The notes under the pieces were generated by a model. It was not told the origin of the DNA and searched no databases. It was given only the letters and a program-made list of their open reading frames with translations. A stretch of DNA of 64,000 nucleotides from assembly GCA_004022145.1 (NCBI GenBank), contig RCNU01000006.1, one strand, 5' to 3'. A program made the position numbers and the translations under genes. The stretch's first letter is position 1, and every line of letters begins with the position of its first letter. This document shows positions 39,781-50,845 of the stretch, one piece after another. Source of the DNA: Paecilomyces variotii. Its lineage: Eukaryota.

Positions 39781-40586
39781 ACTTATTATTTCAGGACACA
39801 CAACGTTGCTTGTACTGTACAATAAGGCGCCGACTGTGGCAGAGGAATATCAAAATGGAAAGTAGAAATCTCGATCAGTTGTCTTTGAAAGTTCTTATGA
39901 CTCGCCAGATCACTCTCAGAGTATCATACAATCGCGCAAGTTCCTGGCTCCCCGCCAGGACAGCTCAGGTACCTAGTCAGGTCAACACGTTGTGGCCGGT
40001 GATTGGTACAGAATGCCAAACTACGGGATACCAGCCCCCTGAGTTTTCTGGCAGACAAGAAGAAATTTATGCCCTTGGCTATGAAAATATAGTCATCCCA
40101 GGACATTAATTGAACTTTTGGAGAGAGTCTGACCAAGTTTCCACGGTTGGTGGTCTGGAGGCTAGCGGCTTTGGTAGACGCGACAAACATCGAGATACTC
40201 ATTAACGCCCCCAACACTTAGATATTATACGGTAATAGTATCGAACTAGATAATCTGTTGCAAATTGGTTATCTACATGTATAATTTCGGTACAATTCTA
40301 GGGAGCTTATTTTGAAGTCGTAAAAAGGAAAGCGGTATGTTGTTGACATCTACCTAGGTAAGTAGTAGTTATGAAAAAAAAAAAAAAAATAAATAAAATA
40401 AAAATAAACATTTCGCTACCACTCAGCCATTAACATCACATGGGAAGAAACAAAGCAGCAATTAAGTTAACAAAGGTTGCTCTAATAAATTTAGATAACC
40501 GCCCTTGCACCTTGGAACTCAACTCAGTACCTACCTACCTACCTATCCAACAAAGAGATTTTCCAGACACGTTAAACGCAAACGCG

Positions 40587-40825
40587 ATGGATTTTAGCAA
40601 TATAGAACCCTCAGAAATCACATTTAAGCAGAGCCTCTCGAGTTCCAAAGGCTCTGAGGTCTTCCTCGTTGATGTGCGTGGGTAAACATGTGTGATGAAA
40701 GTGGTCAATAACTACAGGCACACCTATTGAGTGATTCGACACAATCTTGTCATTTTAAACAGCACCATGGATATGGTCGTGTCACGCCTGCGCCTGTAGA
40801 CCGCGAAACAGACATTCATCTATTG
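40587..40825 (+). pseudogene. Truncated relic of a fungal protein-kinase-like family (N-lobe only)
   Basis: MDFSNIEPSEITFKQSLSSSKGSEVFLVDVRG*TCVMKV, an intron, then HHGYGRVTPAPVDRETDIHL; in-frame TAA, then loss of frame. Confidence 0.6.
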
Positions 40826-41410
40826 CGAACTTGGCAGTGTCTATGAGAGCTAATTGATCCATACGTGTCCTGCGGATGATTGATCTCTCTGCAATTTAAT
40901 CGAGTCTATGGCAGAGACCCTTGATCACCTCTAGCTTGCAATTTAGGGTCAAAAGAGAACCTGAGACCGTACCACGACGGAGTTACACGTACGGATGGAA
41001 AGGATACCCGAAAGGTTCGATAAGAGAGAAAACGAGACATAAATACGTGGCATTCATGGAGAATACAGGGGGAAACATGAATAGCTACCAAAGCAAGAAA
41101 ACATGTAATAGGCGTAACAGACATAACAGACATAACACGGCATCACTAAACACAAATCAACCGACAACGTCAGGGGGAATAACTGGGGAATCTGGAGATT
41201 TTCGACTCAATGGAACCCATGATCCGACCAAAGAAAACAGGTAAATGTAAATGCATCACCAAACATCACGAACAATTACAGGACCAGGTCGCCTAATGTG
41301 ATCCCATCCTCTTGGGACTTTCTTCTCTTATTCTTTAGTATTGGGTATTGAAGTAGACTGACCACGTAGGACGACAGAGATGCAAATGAAAAGGGAGTTG
41401 TCCTCGGGCT

Positions 41411-44275
41411 TTAATCCTCGAAGAAATGCAGAATTGCCCGGATACCCTTGGATCCTAGTCCATGGGGAGGGTAGGCAATATACAGTGGCTCTTCGTGCGC
41501 ACCCAGCTTCAAACGGAACTCACTCTTGCGAGTCAGGTGGAACTGGCGCACAACAGCCTCATAGGTGTGCTGCAGCACCTTGACCTTTGCTCCGCTCATG
41601 TGGTGACCAGGTCGAAGGTCGGCCGTGGCACCAGCACCGAAGGTGAGCGACTTGACGCCTGCCTGGGCCGCCGTCTGGATGGCATGAGTCACGATGTACT
41701 CGATGGTTCCGTTGGGCGCCCCGGGGAAGTCGAAACTGTACTTGACCTGCATACCGCTCTGGGGCGCTAGCTGCACCAGGGCCACGAAGGAGCAGATATT
41801 TCCCTCCTTATCTGTGGCATAGAAGTACCAGCGATGCTCCGAGTCGCGCCAGGGCTGGATCTCAGAAAGATGGATCTGAGTGCCCTTGCGGTTGGCCAAC
41901 CAGTCCTGAATGCGCTTGTCGATCTTCTTGCGTACCTCCTCTGACACCATCTCGCCCTGGGGCAGCGTTGTGATCTTGACACCTTCGTTCTCTGCGTGGC
42001 GGATCTTGCGGGAGATCTCACCGTCTGATGCCGCCAGGTTGCGAGCGGGATCAACCCGCTCCTCCGCGATACAGGACAAGGTGCGCCAGCCGAGCTTTTC
42101 CCCGAGGAAATCTTCGACTTGGGGAGAGATGAGAAGCCAGATGGGTTTGAGCTTCGTCTCGCGACGGAGCCAACCCAGGAACGCGTTGATAACACGACCA
42201 TACTGGCTGGGATCACAGAGCGGATTACCCGGAATGATAGCATAGCCGTGCATCGGGATATAGGAAACGGCGGCACCGGTCACGTAGTCCCGCCAGATCT
42301 TGTAACGCTCGTCGCCCCACGAGGTGGACGTGGCATCACCATAGTTAGCGATGAGGTGCTCTAGCGGCTGTAGCTGGTTATCGTCGGTAGCTTTGGCCGC
42401 CTTGTGCTCTTTCTGCCAGGCTGGCTCCAAGGTGGACGATTCAGGGTGCCGCAGCTGGAGAATCGGCGGCTTGGGAGGGAAGCTCTTGGGGTCGCGGTGG
42501 AAGAGCGAGGCCAGACGGATGTTGCCAATCTTGAGAATCAGCATCAGCATCCGCTCCAAACCAATCCCAGCACCAGCGTGTGGAGGCGCGCCCCAGCGGA
42601 ATCCCTCGAGATAGTCCTCCATGTCCTCGGGGCGGATGCCAGCCTTGGTGATGTTCTCCTCGAGCATTTTGGGATCGTGAATACGCTGACCACCAGACAC
42701 AATTTCCTGACCACGCACGAAGATATCGAACGAGTTGGTGAAACGGGGATCCTCTGGGTCGGGCATAGTATAGAAAGGACGCGCGCCGACAGGGAACTTG
42801 TCGAGAATATAGTAGTCGGTGTGGTACTTCTCCTTGACTAGCTCTCCCAGATGGATCTCGTCCCGGGTCGACAGATCCTCGTCATCCGGCAACGGCTGGC
42901 CGTCCTCAGTGCGCCACCCGGAGTCATTGAGCATGCGAATAGCATCCGCAAAGCGGATCACAGGGGTCTCGTCCAGCCAGACCAGGTCTTCGGAGGGGAA
43001 CTGATGCTTGACCACATCAACCTCGCGGCGGTATTTCGTATACAGACCCTTGAAGATATGCTTGATGGTGGCGTCAATGGTCTCAAGCATCTCATGGTAG
43101 TGTTCGTCAATGGCCATCTCGATATCCAGACCGGTATACTCCGTCAGATGGCGATGGGTGTTGGAATTCTCGGCACGGAAGACGGCGCCAATCTCGTAGA
43201 CGCGACCAAAGTCGGATGCGATAGCCATCTGCTTGGCCAGTTGAGGACTCTGAGCCAGGAAGGCTGGGCGGCCAAAGTAGTTCAGCTGGAAGACAGAAGC
43301 ACCGGACTCGGTGGCCGAGCCCTGTAGCTTGGGAGTATGGATCTCAATGAAGTCCCGGTCATTGAGAGCCTCCCGGAAGAGTTGAGAGATACCAGACTGG
43401 ATGCGGAATATACTCTGCGACGTTGGTGTGCGCAGATCCAGAATGCGATTCGCCAGACGGGTTCGATCAGGGATGTGACTGTGGCGGCCCTCGACGCGGT
43501 CTTCCTCCTCTGTGCGGACTTCGGCCTCGTAGACGCTGAAGGGAACGGTCTCCTCACGACGGACAATGACATGCAGCTGCTCGATCTCGAGCTCGACATC
43601 GTGGATAGTACATCCCAAGACGGGCACCTCCGGGGCCCGAACGGTACCCCGAACGCGCACAATGCATCCGGTGCGCAGATGTTCCGCCCACTGGACCATG
43701 TTGACTGATGCAACACCGGGTTTCTCATGGAGGACGCCTTGGAAGGTGGTGAGCTGATGACGGAAGACAAGGAAGACGAGCTTCGCGCTCATGCGGCGAA
43801 CGATATGCAACCGCGCAGTGAACAGGATCTGCTGGCCCACAATGTCCTTGGAGACCTTGTCCAGCGGAAATCGTGCCTCCCGTGGGCGCTCCTTTGACTG
43901 CAGAAGCGGCAGATCACCGTACCGTGCCTTCATCTCTGGAGTCTCTTGGCGCGCCGCTTCTTCTTCGCGCTCGCGGCGACGATGCTCTGATTCGGAGCGC
44001 TGCTCCTCACTGAGACGGGATCTGGCCTGGCGGCGCTGCTGTCGCACCAGGCGCTTCTGCTGGTTCTTGCTGACGCCGGAACTCGAGTCATCGGACACAT
44101 CGTCTGATGAGGAAATGTAGTCCTTGTCCCGTAGAAAGCCGACAATGCTGCGACGGGGCGACGAGATGGGCGATCGCGGGCTGCCGCCACTGCTACTGTC
44201 ATCGTGCTTATTGCTCGGCGTCAGCTTGGACAAAGCACGCTTGATGGACATCTTGGCCCACAGTCCACGGGGCAT
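41411..44275 (-). CDS. erdS: Aspartyl-tRNA synthetase fused to a C-terminal DUF2156 aminoacyl-tRNA transferase: ergosteryl-aspartate synthase ErdS (start could be the second Met, MSIKRAL)
   Basis: OB-fold plus class II motifs (FLAQSPQLAKQM, FRAENSNTHRHLTEY, GAGIGLERML), then ~350 aa DUF2156/MprF-like domain (GNPLCDPSQ, APNGTIEYIV, LTFG); intronless. Confidence 0.92.
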   Translation of the reverse strand: MPRGLWAKMSIKRALSKLTPSNKHDDSSSGGSPRSPISSPRRSIVGFLRDKDYISSSDDVSDDSSSGVSKNQQKRLVRQQRRQARSRLSEEQRSESEHRRREREEEAARQETPEMKARYGDLPLLQSKERPREARFPLDKVSKDIVGQQILFTARLHIVRRMSAKLVFLVFRHQLTTFQGVLHEKPGVASVNMVQWAEHLRTGCIVRVRGTVRAPEVPVLGCTIHDVELEIEQLHVIVRREETVPFSVYEAEVRTEEEDRVEGRHSHIPDRTRLANRILDLRTPTSQSIFRIQSGISQLFREALNDRDFIEIHTPKLQGSATESGASVFQLNYFGRPAFLAQSPQLAKQMAIASDFGRVYEIGAVFRAENSNTHRHLTEYTGLDIEMAIDEHYHEMLETIDATIKHIFKGLYTKYRREVDVVKHQFPSEDLVWLDETPVIRFADAIRMLNDSGWRTEDGQPLPDDEDLSTRDEIHLGELVKEKYHTDYYILDKFPVGARPFYTMPDPEDPRFTNSFDIFVRGQEIVSGGQRIHDPKMLEENITKAGIRPEDMEDYLEGFRWGAPPHAGAGIGLERMLMLILKIGNIRLASLFHRDPKSFPPKPPILQLRHPESSTLEPAWQKEHKAAKATDDNQLQPLEHLIANYGDATSTSWGDERYKIWRDYVTGAAVSYIPMHGYAIIPGNPLCDPSQYGRVINAFLGWLRRETKLKPIWLLISPQVEDFLGEKLGWRTLSCIAEERVDPARNLAASDGEISRKIRHAENEGVKITTLPQGEMVSEEVRKKIDKRIQDWLANRKGTQIHLSEIQPWRDSEHRWYFYATDKEGNICSFVALVQLAPQSGMQVKYSFDFPGAPNGTIEYIVTHAIQTAAQAGVKSLTFGAGATADLRPGHHMSGAKVKVLQHTYEAVVRQFHLTRKSEFRLKLGAHEEPLYIAYPPHGLGSKGIRAILHFFED

Positions 44276-45590
44276 TCACACGGGATTGAGTTGCGAGGGA
44301 TATCGAAGGGTATCGAAGGGTATAAGGTATAAGAAAGATGAGAATCAACGTTGATGCGGACCGGGGACTGGAGTAGGCGGGCTCTTTATGATGTAGGAAG
44401 CGACTCTAGGGCCGGGAATAGTTAGTTAGTTAGTTAGTTAGTTGAACAGCCTTAATCAGCGAACGCAGACAATCAGGTTAACTAACTAGTTAACTAACCT
44501 AGGTACCCCTTCTCAGACGGATGTTCTAGGCAGCCGAAACCGATTTTCAGATTCGCTATCGGCCTCGGTTGCAATGCGGGCCCGACCCAGATCAACCGTT
44601 GGGAGGGAGATGGCAATAATAATAATCGTGGTGGCACAGCTTTTCTGGTGCACGATTGGAAATCAATGAACCAAAAAAAGAAAACAGAGAGGAAAGAATA
44701 TGATGCTTTGTTATTCTGGAAAATGAAGATTGTATTATTACTTATTGCGCGGGAGCAATTTGCGGTTTTATTGACTGCGTGCGGCGGGCTTTTCACAGAT
44801 GATGTCAACCACCGGCGCTTTATGTCATGAAGAGCGACAGGAACAAGCAGTAAAAGACAAGAAAAGACAAGAAAAAGAATCAGGCAAAAGCGACCGGCGG
44901 GCTTGGCGAGCAGGAAAACGAGATCGAGGCCGATACTTACTGGAAGCGGATGCAAATGAGGATAGTTAGTTAGAGCGTCCTTACCAATCAAGCCGGTTTT
45001 GGTGCAGAATGCGATGGCGGACATGCCGGATGTTGATGCGATCGATTAAGTATTATTATTATTATTATTATTATTGTATCTCAGCTTAGATACTTCCCCC
45101 TCTCCCTTTCTCTCTCTCTACTCTCTCTCTCCCCCTTCTGATGATTACTATTATTCAGAATCGATCCATTGATTGCCGCCTTCCCACTAAACAGTTACAG
45201 CTGGAACTGTTGCTATAATTAATTAATCCTTACACGACCCCGCCCACTGATTACTACAGATTGGTTTAATAGGGCTTACCGTAGTTACGCATCCAGGGAA
45301 GCACTCAATTGCATTCTGTATTCCTGGCCTGATCGACAGCCAGACGTGAGATGTAAGTACCTTTGGAAAGTCCCTTTTCCCCCCCATCCCAGACTAGTTT
45401 ATCTATCTGGATCTTTTGCCAAGGCGTGCCGGCACGTCTCTAACTCCGTCCAGTCATGTTGCCAACACGCTGACCGTCCCCAAATAATCTCCCTCCTGTC
45501 TGTCCTCAGTCTGTCTGGCCATACGAACGCTGCATTATTATTGCACCAACCTATCTTCTTCTTGCTGGGTCGTCACCTGCACAAGCGGCC
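44276..45590. promoter_or_regulatory. Shared divergent intergenic/promoter region of erdS and erdH, with (GTTA)n (~44420-44443) and (ATT)n (~45051-45075) microsatellites
   Basis: Head-to-head gene arrangement; repeats read directly from the sequence. Confidence 0.6.
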
Positions 45591-46601
45591 ATGGCCGTCG
45601 CCCGCTGGTGGCTTTACACCCAAGCCATTTTCTGGCGCTTTCTCATGCGCATTGGCATGTTCTTCCACCATGTCATCAGCCCGCGCTCTCCATCTCCAAC
45701 CTTTACGCGCAGCATTCCCTGCCAGGACAGCAGTCGGTCCATCCAGCTGCACTTCTACTGTCCCGAGGACTATGCAGACCAGCGGAAAGCCGGTCGACGG
45801 CTCCCCGTCGTCGTCAACTTCCACGGCGGAGGCTTTGCTCTAGGCCGTGCGACAGACGATGCGCGTTGGGCCCAGACGGTTGTCTGTGAGCTCGGTGCGG
45901 TTGTCGTCAGTGTCGACTATCGACTTGCTCCCGAGAATCCGTTTCCCGCCGCCGTCGACGACGGCGTCGATGCCCTGCTCCATCTTGCCAGCAACGCATC
46001 CGATCTGGGGATCGATGCTTCTCAGGTCATCCTGACCGGCTTCTCCGCTGGAGGCAACCTGGCCGTCACCGTTCCGCTCCGTCTCCGCCAGGTCCGCGGT
46101 GAGGCCCGGCCCGAGCTGCATCGGTACGAGTCGACGCAACAGCTCCTCGATGCCACCAACGAGCTCCACGTCGTGGCCATCTTCTCGTGGTATCCGATCC
46201 TCGACTTTGTGCTGCCCCGGGAACATCGTCGTGCCATGAGCATTCTCCCCGAGAAGACTCTCCCGTCCTTCTTCACGAACCTCTTCGACGAGTCCTACGT
46301 GCCCAACCGCGATGACCGCACCTCCCCCTATGCCTCACCCGCGCTGGCCACAGACCAGCTGCTGGCCGAAGCGCTACCGCACAACGTCTTCCTCTACATG
46401 TGCGAGTGGGACATGTTGCTGCGCGAAGGTCAGGTCTTTGTCCGCCGCCTCCAGGGATTAGGCAAGAAGGTGCGCGCCATGATGATCGAGAAGGTCCCGC
46501 ATGCCTGGGACAAATCGCCCAATCCGTTCCGCGATCAGGACAGCGTCAACGTGCTTTATCGCGAGGCTTGTGCGGAGATGAAGACGTTGCTAGAAAAGTA
46601 G
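45591..46601 (+). CDS. erdH: HSL-family alpha/beta hydrolase, ergosteryl-aspartate hydrolase ErdH
   Basis: NFHGGGF oxyanion motif, VDYRLAPE, GFSAGG nucleophile elbow, EWDML and VPHAWD; divergent from erdS as in the described locus. Confidence 0.85.
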   Translation: MAVARWWLYTQAIFWRFLMRIGMFFHHVISPRSPSPTFTRSIPCQDSSRSIQLHFYCPEDYADQRKAGRRLPVVVNFHGGGFALGRATDDARWAQTVVCELGAVVVSVDYRLAPENPFPAAVDDGVDALLHLASNASDLGIDASQVILTGFSAGGNLAVTVPLRLRQVRGEARPELHRYESTQQLLDATNELHVVAIFSWYPILDFVLPREHRRAMSILPEKTLPSFFTNLFDESYVPNRDDRTSPYASPALATDQLLAEALPHNVFLYMCEWDMLLREGQVFVRRLQGLGKKVRAMMIEKVPHAWDKSPNPFRDQDSVNVLYREACAEMKTLLEK

Positions 46602-47065
46602 ATTTTTCTTTTCTTTTCTTTTCTTTTCTCATTTCCGTCTTTCTACGCTCGTACCTAACTATCGCTACACGCGAGAGTTCCCTTTCTCTCTTCCAGCATC
46701 GTTCTCCCGGGTCCGAGACCCGTTCTTTCCTCACGTACATGCAGCGTCTACGAATTGATGTCTCTTCCGCGGTATATCGATGGCGTCTTTGTCTGGTTCC
46801 TTTCTCGTCTGGCGTCGGGTGTCGTTATTTGATCAAGAGCATAAGATCCAGCAACTGCTGCGGCAGGCAGCATTGCAGCATCGTCTATCTCTCTGTATGT
46901 ACATACATACTACCGCCGCCCTTGGGCCATGAGGGATGTTGCCAATAGACCTGGTATACAAGGTCGATTAATTGTCTCCTCATGTCTGTCTAGCTTATCT
47001 AGTCTGCAGTAGTGTAGTCCTAATCAGAATACAAAGTGTACATATACGAATCAATCTCGTAGCCC

Positions 47066-47095
47066 GCCATTTAGACAGTAGCCATTTAGACAGTA
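47066..47095 (+). repeat. Perfect 15-bp tandem duplication (GCCATTTAGACAGTA x2)
   Basis: Read directly from the sequence. Confidence 0.85.
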
Positions 47096-47289
47096 ATACT
47101 CCGTCATATCATTACTTGACTCGTTCATCTGAATGACTTACCATGATTCTATCTACTACTCCAATGCACGACCCATGCATAGGGCCCTGAGAACCAGGGT
47201 TCGGTTTCGGAACCGATCATACCCTTCACCGCTAACTAAGTATCCGAGGCAATAGTCAGCGAAGACTGGGGCCAAAAAAAAAAACAGAT

Positions 47290-47322
<33 letters not shown>

Positions 47323-48017
47323 GCTTCTTAACTACACACAAAGCATTATTATTACTAATTCTATAAACGCCTTATTAGTTAAGCAATAACTCATTTGTAG
47401 TTAACTAGTTAAAGCCTGGGGCCAAAAACTGCTTAGCTAAGCTTAGTCTGTTGGTTAGTTAACTATCACCACGTGATCCATGACGTCGGGAAAACGTCGG
47501 GAAGTAACTAGTTAGGTAGTGCCTGGACTAAGTAACGTCATAGTATATAATAGTTACTCTAAGCAAGAAGTTAGTAGACTTAGCGGTTGGATAATTAAAT
47601 CATTCAATCTATTGCTCTGGCCTGATTTTTTTTGTTATTCTGGGAGGATATCGAGGTCATTTAAGTCATTGCTCAATTTGGACAAGTGGGTATAATATAC
47701 CTACCTAAACTACCAGGTAACTAACTACTAAGTTAGTAGGGCATGTGTTAAAAACGGGTTCTTTTTATTTTTATCTACGATCGAGATGGACGGTTTAAGT
47801 ACGTATCCTATTCCATTGTAGATGAAGAATATATGTATATATGCGAGAAAAGAAAAAAAAAAGGTTAAAATTCATTAGGAAGTAAGTATGTTACCTCGCA
47901 AACTTATCAATTTTACCTTCAAGCTCCTCGCCTCCTACGAAGCTGTTGCAACTATAAGCAGCCTTAAGAAAAATGATAGAAAAAAAAAAAAAAAAAGGCC
48001 GATCTCCTATCCTATCC

Positions 48018-48250
48018 TTACATGTACGAGAGAGCTAGGAGAACTGTCATTTGTGGCCGTGCAGGATCGCCTCGGGCAGTCCAAGGTATAGGATGCGCAT
48101 GCAAGGTCAAGATCTCCATGCTCGTCTAACTTGCGGATAGGCACGAGCTCAACGTCGCTGATCAGGAATCCGTACCGACTGCAGTGTTGATTGATGTAGA
48201 AGTTTACCTGGCTTGGCGCCTGGAGATATTCGCACCGATTCCTGTTGGAC
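48018..48250 (-). pseudogene. Frameshifted fragment of a fungal accessory protein family with a restriction-endonuclease-like QxxxY..RYG motif
   Basis: Manual translation: EYLQAPSQVNFYINQHCSRYGFLISDVELVPIRKLDEHGDLDL, frameshift, IPWTARGDPARPQMTVLLALSYM*; absent from the ORF track. Confidence 0.65.
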
Positions 48251-48681
48251 TCTGTGGGTATTCCCGGGATATATATATATATTTTTTGACTCGGATATCA
48301 TAGGTTTACTCTTTCCACAACATGTTCTATCTCCCAGAGTATAGCACTAGATATATTCATGGTATGCTCAGGAACAAGCGAGTCAGAATTTAATGAAATG
48401 ATCGATAGAAGCCGTGACATTTTGAAGTTTGTATTAGACACATCGTACCATAAGAGTTCAGAAACCTGCGAGGTCCATGTGTGACGCTCTGAATATTCAT
48501 AGTACAGTACAAATCCAACGTCAGAATAGCCTCTCTCGCCTTTGCCACGCGCGTGATAACCTTAGTAACACAAACAGTTCTATACGGGCAGAACAATCGC
48601 CATTGATCATGGACAGATAGCATGTCTGACAGGTTGCAGAATATCAGAGAGCCGGATGACATCTGCGAATGATTTAAAACC

Positions 48682-49764
48682 TCACTTTGACCGCATCTTA
48701 TAGTCCCTACAAAGTGCTTCCTCTCTCGTGGTCAGTTCGAAACGAAATGTCTTGTCCCACGCCCTTCTGGCCGCGTAGTCAGCCAGGTAATTGCCTGGCA
48801 CATCTCGATGCGCAGGGACCCAGTGGAGTTCAACTGACACGAAAAGAGAAATCAAGACGTTTGCGAGCTCAATTACTTCCTCCACCAATATATTCGTGCC
48901 CTTCTGTTTTGCCCTTGTAAGATGCAGGATCATCCTCAATGCCTCTTTGCAATCGGAATAAATGACGAGGATTTCTTGCTCTCCGTGAGCACCGTTGGAG
49001 ATTCTCTCGACGGCCTTATCATAGGCGATCTGTAGAGCTCGAAGGATGGCCAAAAGCTCAATATCCGGACAACCCATGTCTCCATGAACTTTGTATCCTA
49101 GGATCTTCCACGAAAAAGGGGATCCTTCGTCCGTGGATTTGGACACAACTGCAACCCCGGCGGCATTTTTCCGATCCAGGTGTTGCGCAACAGAACCATC
49201 AACCCAGTATACGGTACGGTTGCGAATTCTTCCTCGTAACCTATATTCAGACAAAGCGTATGCTAAAGCCTGGATATGAGTTTGGATGATGACACTGCCC
49301 GCAAAAAGTGGAAGATCATCCTCATCGCGCAAAGACATAAGCGATGATTGTCGCGGCTGCTGTTGTCCTTCAGGATACCGATATCCATCAGGAAGTACCA
49401 TGTCGTCTAATTGAATACCATCCTTGAGAATCTGCTGGCGAATGATCTGTATTTCGTCGAGAGAACAAGCCTCTTCCAAAAGCAAAGTTTCCCGGTTCGT
49501 CGAGAACCTCGGCTTCTTGTATTTTAGTTTCGTGTTATGATCGGGAGAAATCTTTCTCTTTCTCGAAGCCCGCCTTGATGAGGAAGAGACGCTAGCTTCT
49601 GGAAAGGACCGACCTGTATCACTGTGAGTCCTAAGGGGATCGACAGTATTGACGCTGCTCTGGTCTGTCATACCTTTCACATCGGAGCGCTTGGGAACAT
49701 CTGTAGTACTAGTGTCTGGAGAGGCTGGAGTTGACGCTGATAAGACTGATGAGAGATTACCCAT
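48682..49764 (-). CDS. Stand-alone RNase H-like domain protein
   Basis: YWVDGS, AGVAVV, IELLAILRAL, IYSDC and ELHWVPAHRDVPGNYLADYAAR; all four acidic catalytic positions present; disordered N-terminus with NLS-like RKRK. Confidence 0.82.
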   Translation of the reverse strand: MGNLSSVLSASTPASPDTSTTDVPKRSDVKGMTDQSSVNTVDPLRTHSDTGRSFPEASVSSSSRRASRKRKISPDHNTKLKYKKPRFSTNRETLLLEEACSLDEIQIIRQQILKDGIQLDDMVLPDGYRYPEGQQQPRQSSLMSLRDEDDLPLFAGSVIIQTHIQALAYALSEYRLRGRIRNRTVYWVDGSVAQHLDRKNAAGVAVVSKSTDEGSPFSWKILGYKVHGDMGCPDIELLAILRALQIAYDKAVERISNGAHGEQEILVIYSDCKEALRMILHLTRAKQKGTNILVEEVIELANVLISLFVSVELHWVPAHRDVPGNYLADYAARRAWDKTFRFELTTREEALCRDYKMRSK

Positions 49765-50845
49765 GATGAGTGCAAGTAGGAAAAGGACAGTAGGACGTGG
49801 TTCAGTTAGATGAAAGAAATAAATTTGAAGATGAGAAGTAGATAGTGAGAAGGACAGTCAATAGAGTGACAAGGAGTTTCGCTTATTGTGTTTGTTCAGG
49901 AATAGGCTTAGTGACATATATGAAGATGCCTAGGGAGCAGTGTGGTGAAAGTGTTGCTGAGTTAACTACCCTTGGTACCTTCGACAGTAAGAGCGAATCC
50001 CCACTCACAGGGAAACAATCAGCCTACTCAGATGCTCTGGACTGTCTGATATCTCAGAGAAGAAGTTCCTCAAAGGCTGCCCATGTTTCCATGTTTATGT
50101 TGCTCCTTTAGAGCACATGACAAAGAAAGCGCAGCAGAGGAGAGGCCTTTAGAGTATCGACATCGTAACGCCTGTATCTCCTCCAGATAGATATAAGCCA
50201 GAAAACAGTCCCGCTTCCGTGTGACTATTTTCCTTTTCACCTTTGGAAAAGTCTCATAACTCATTTAGAGTACAGAGGCAATTACAGTTCCAGAAATATA
50301 CTACTAAACACCGGAGCCACAGAAACATTACAGCCACATTTCAGAGTCATATGACCACCGGAACAAGGGGATGTGGAATAAGTGACTCTCGCCGACAGAT
50401 TTTCACCAGGAAGATCTTATGTGATTATTAACGCGTATCGCTGCTGTCTATAATGAGCATGTACAGATGTGCTATGCTGAGGATGCGCATAACAGACTGG
50501 CGGAAAAACCGCAGCGCTAGCTCGCATAAGTCGATTGAAATGGACTGTGCTATATCGAGCATGACTGGTATAGTCGGCAGATTCGATATGATACCATTAT
50601 GGTAGGAACGAGGCTGCACCCTAAGCGATGATATTGACGACCATGTGAATACCGGAAGTCTGCGGATCGACAGGGCGGAGGACAGCTAACGTATTAAATA
50701 CGTTCCTCTCATAAAGCGTAGCAAGAGAGAAGAGTCTCTTAAGGAGATAAAAAGAAGTTCTGCATTATCTGAACCGAACAAGATATGAGTCAAATATACA
50801 TGGAAGTCGAGAATATAAATAGTCCGGAATATCGGGCTCCATCAA

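Noticed and set aside
47164-47270. 5S rRNA-like start (ACGACC..CATAGGG..AACCAGGG)
   Set aside because: Similarity is limited to roughly the first 40 nt with gaps; internal control boxes and the 3' end are not recognisable.
44420-47600. TTAG/GTTA repeats as telomeric sequence or a CRISPR-like array
   Set aside because: They are short microsatellites with no TTAGGG array and no repeat-spacer periodicity.
48682-49764. Non-LTR retrotransposon
   Set aside because: Only the RNase H domain is present; no RT, endonuclease, tail or TSD seen.
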